Below the pieces are notes generated by a model. It searched no databases. It had not been told where the DNA came from and was given only the letters and a program-made list of their open reading frames with translations. Both the position numbers and the translations under genes were made by a program. This document shows positions 63,193-64,000 of a stretch of 64,000 nucleotides of DNA, one piece after another (position 1 is the stretch's first letter; every line of letters starts with the position of its first letter). This DNA comes from Lingula anatina. Taxonomy: Eukaryota; Animalia; Brachiopoda. The stretch covers positions 1,922,001 to 1,986,000 of the forward strand of contig CM120642.1 of NCBI GenBank assembly GCA_051362555.1, in the 5' to 3' direction.

Positions 63193-64000
63193 CTGAAAGA
63201 CAACACAAACATGTACATGTATGACCTACTACTCCCTTTCAAAAGCGTCAAACGTTTGCTCACCCATTGTTTGTAAATCGACTAAACTCGTATTTACTTC
63301 AAATATATACGGTATATTGTTAGATATAAACCTTTTACGCTTCGAGCATCGGCAGCATTTTTAATGTAGGCTGTCATTGCGGAATTATAAAAGTGAAAGT
63401 ATATCGCTGACTCAAAGAATGACTTACGTTACTTAAATCTGGAAACAGGATATCCAGCAAAATCATAGAAACTGTAGGTGTCCGAAGAGGCAACCCCACA
63501 AACGAAATTTGTGCAAAATTGTTTGTAAATAATAACTTTTGCTGACTCGTCACATCATAGTTTTTAGTATGATGAGTCTTATTGAATATTTGATATATAT
63601 ATTTTTTTATCCCTAAGGCCATAACATTTATTACAGGCAAGAATTTGTTACATTGTTATTGTTATTAAAATGGTTAGGATAGTGGAGTTAAATAATAAAA
63701 GCGGCCTTGTTTGGCCAAATCACGAACAATCAATTTTCTTTGTTGCCTTCTTTCTTGTTGTGAATGGGACTATAAAAGTTTATGGCACACTTGGATGAAC
63801 TGCAATTACGTTCCCTCTGTGAGAGGTGGTATATGTGTTGTACTGGTTTTACAGGCCCAGATTAGCCGTATTACTGCTCAGGTAAGGAGGTTTTCACCTG
63901 GGCGTGGTACGTGGTTAGAATATGAAGACTTGTCAAGAATGGGTTAAAGGTTTACATGAGAAGTAGAGTACTTTTGAAGACTCTTGTTTGACTAAAATAC

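Noticed and set aside
1-64000. CRISPR arrays, rRNA, tRNA or ribozymes
   Set aside because: Eukaryotic DNA with no regularly spaced repeat-spacer array. I recognised no structured RNA gene or hammerhead core by eye; an Infernal/Rfam scan would be needed to exclude small ncRNAs.

Overview
AT-rich, intron-rich animal genomic DNA; an invertebrate such as a mollusc is my guess, not something the sequence establishes. Left part: the first coding exon of RAB30 (minus) lies head-to-head with a complete 14-exon PCF11 gene (plus, 1955-16873, 1944 aa as assembled by hand). PCF11 intron 1 has a weak donor and three clustered AATAAA hexamers, resembling the vertebrate autoregulatory intronic poly(A) site. 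Middle (19.6-31.8 kb): nested DNA transposons, namely two P-superfamily-like non-autonomous copies (31-bp TIR, 7-bp TSD) and a ~10-kb Harbinger-type element (CTG TSD, decayed transposase). Right part (31.9-64 kb): a tandem array of at least three minus-strand type I receptor genes (signal peptide, two C-type lectin domains, Thr/Ser stalk, TM, Tyr-motif tail). Their ligand-binding loops are hypervariable, and copies 2 and 3 carry stalk-exon lesions. A young full-length Ty3/Gypsy element with intact gag-pol, a -1 slippery site and a decayed F-type env remnant sits in the upstream region of copy 2. All gene models were read by eye and no database searches were run.
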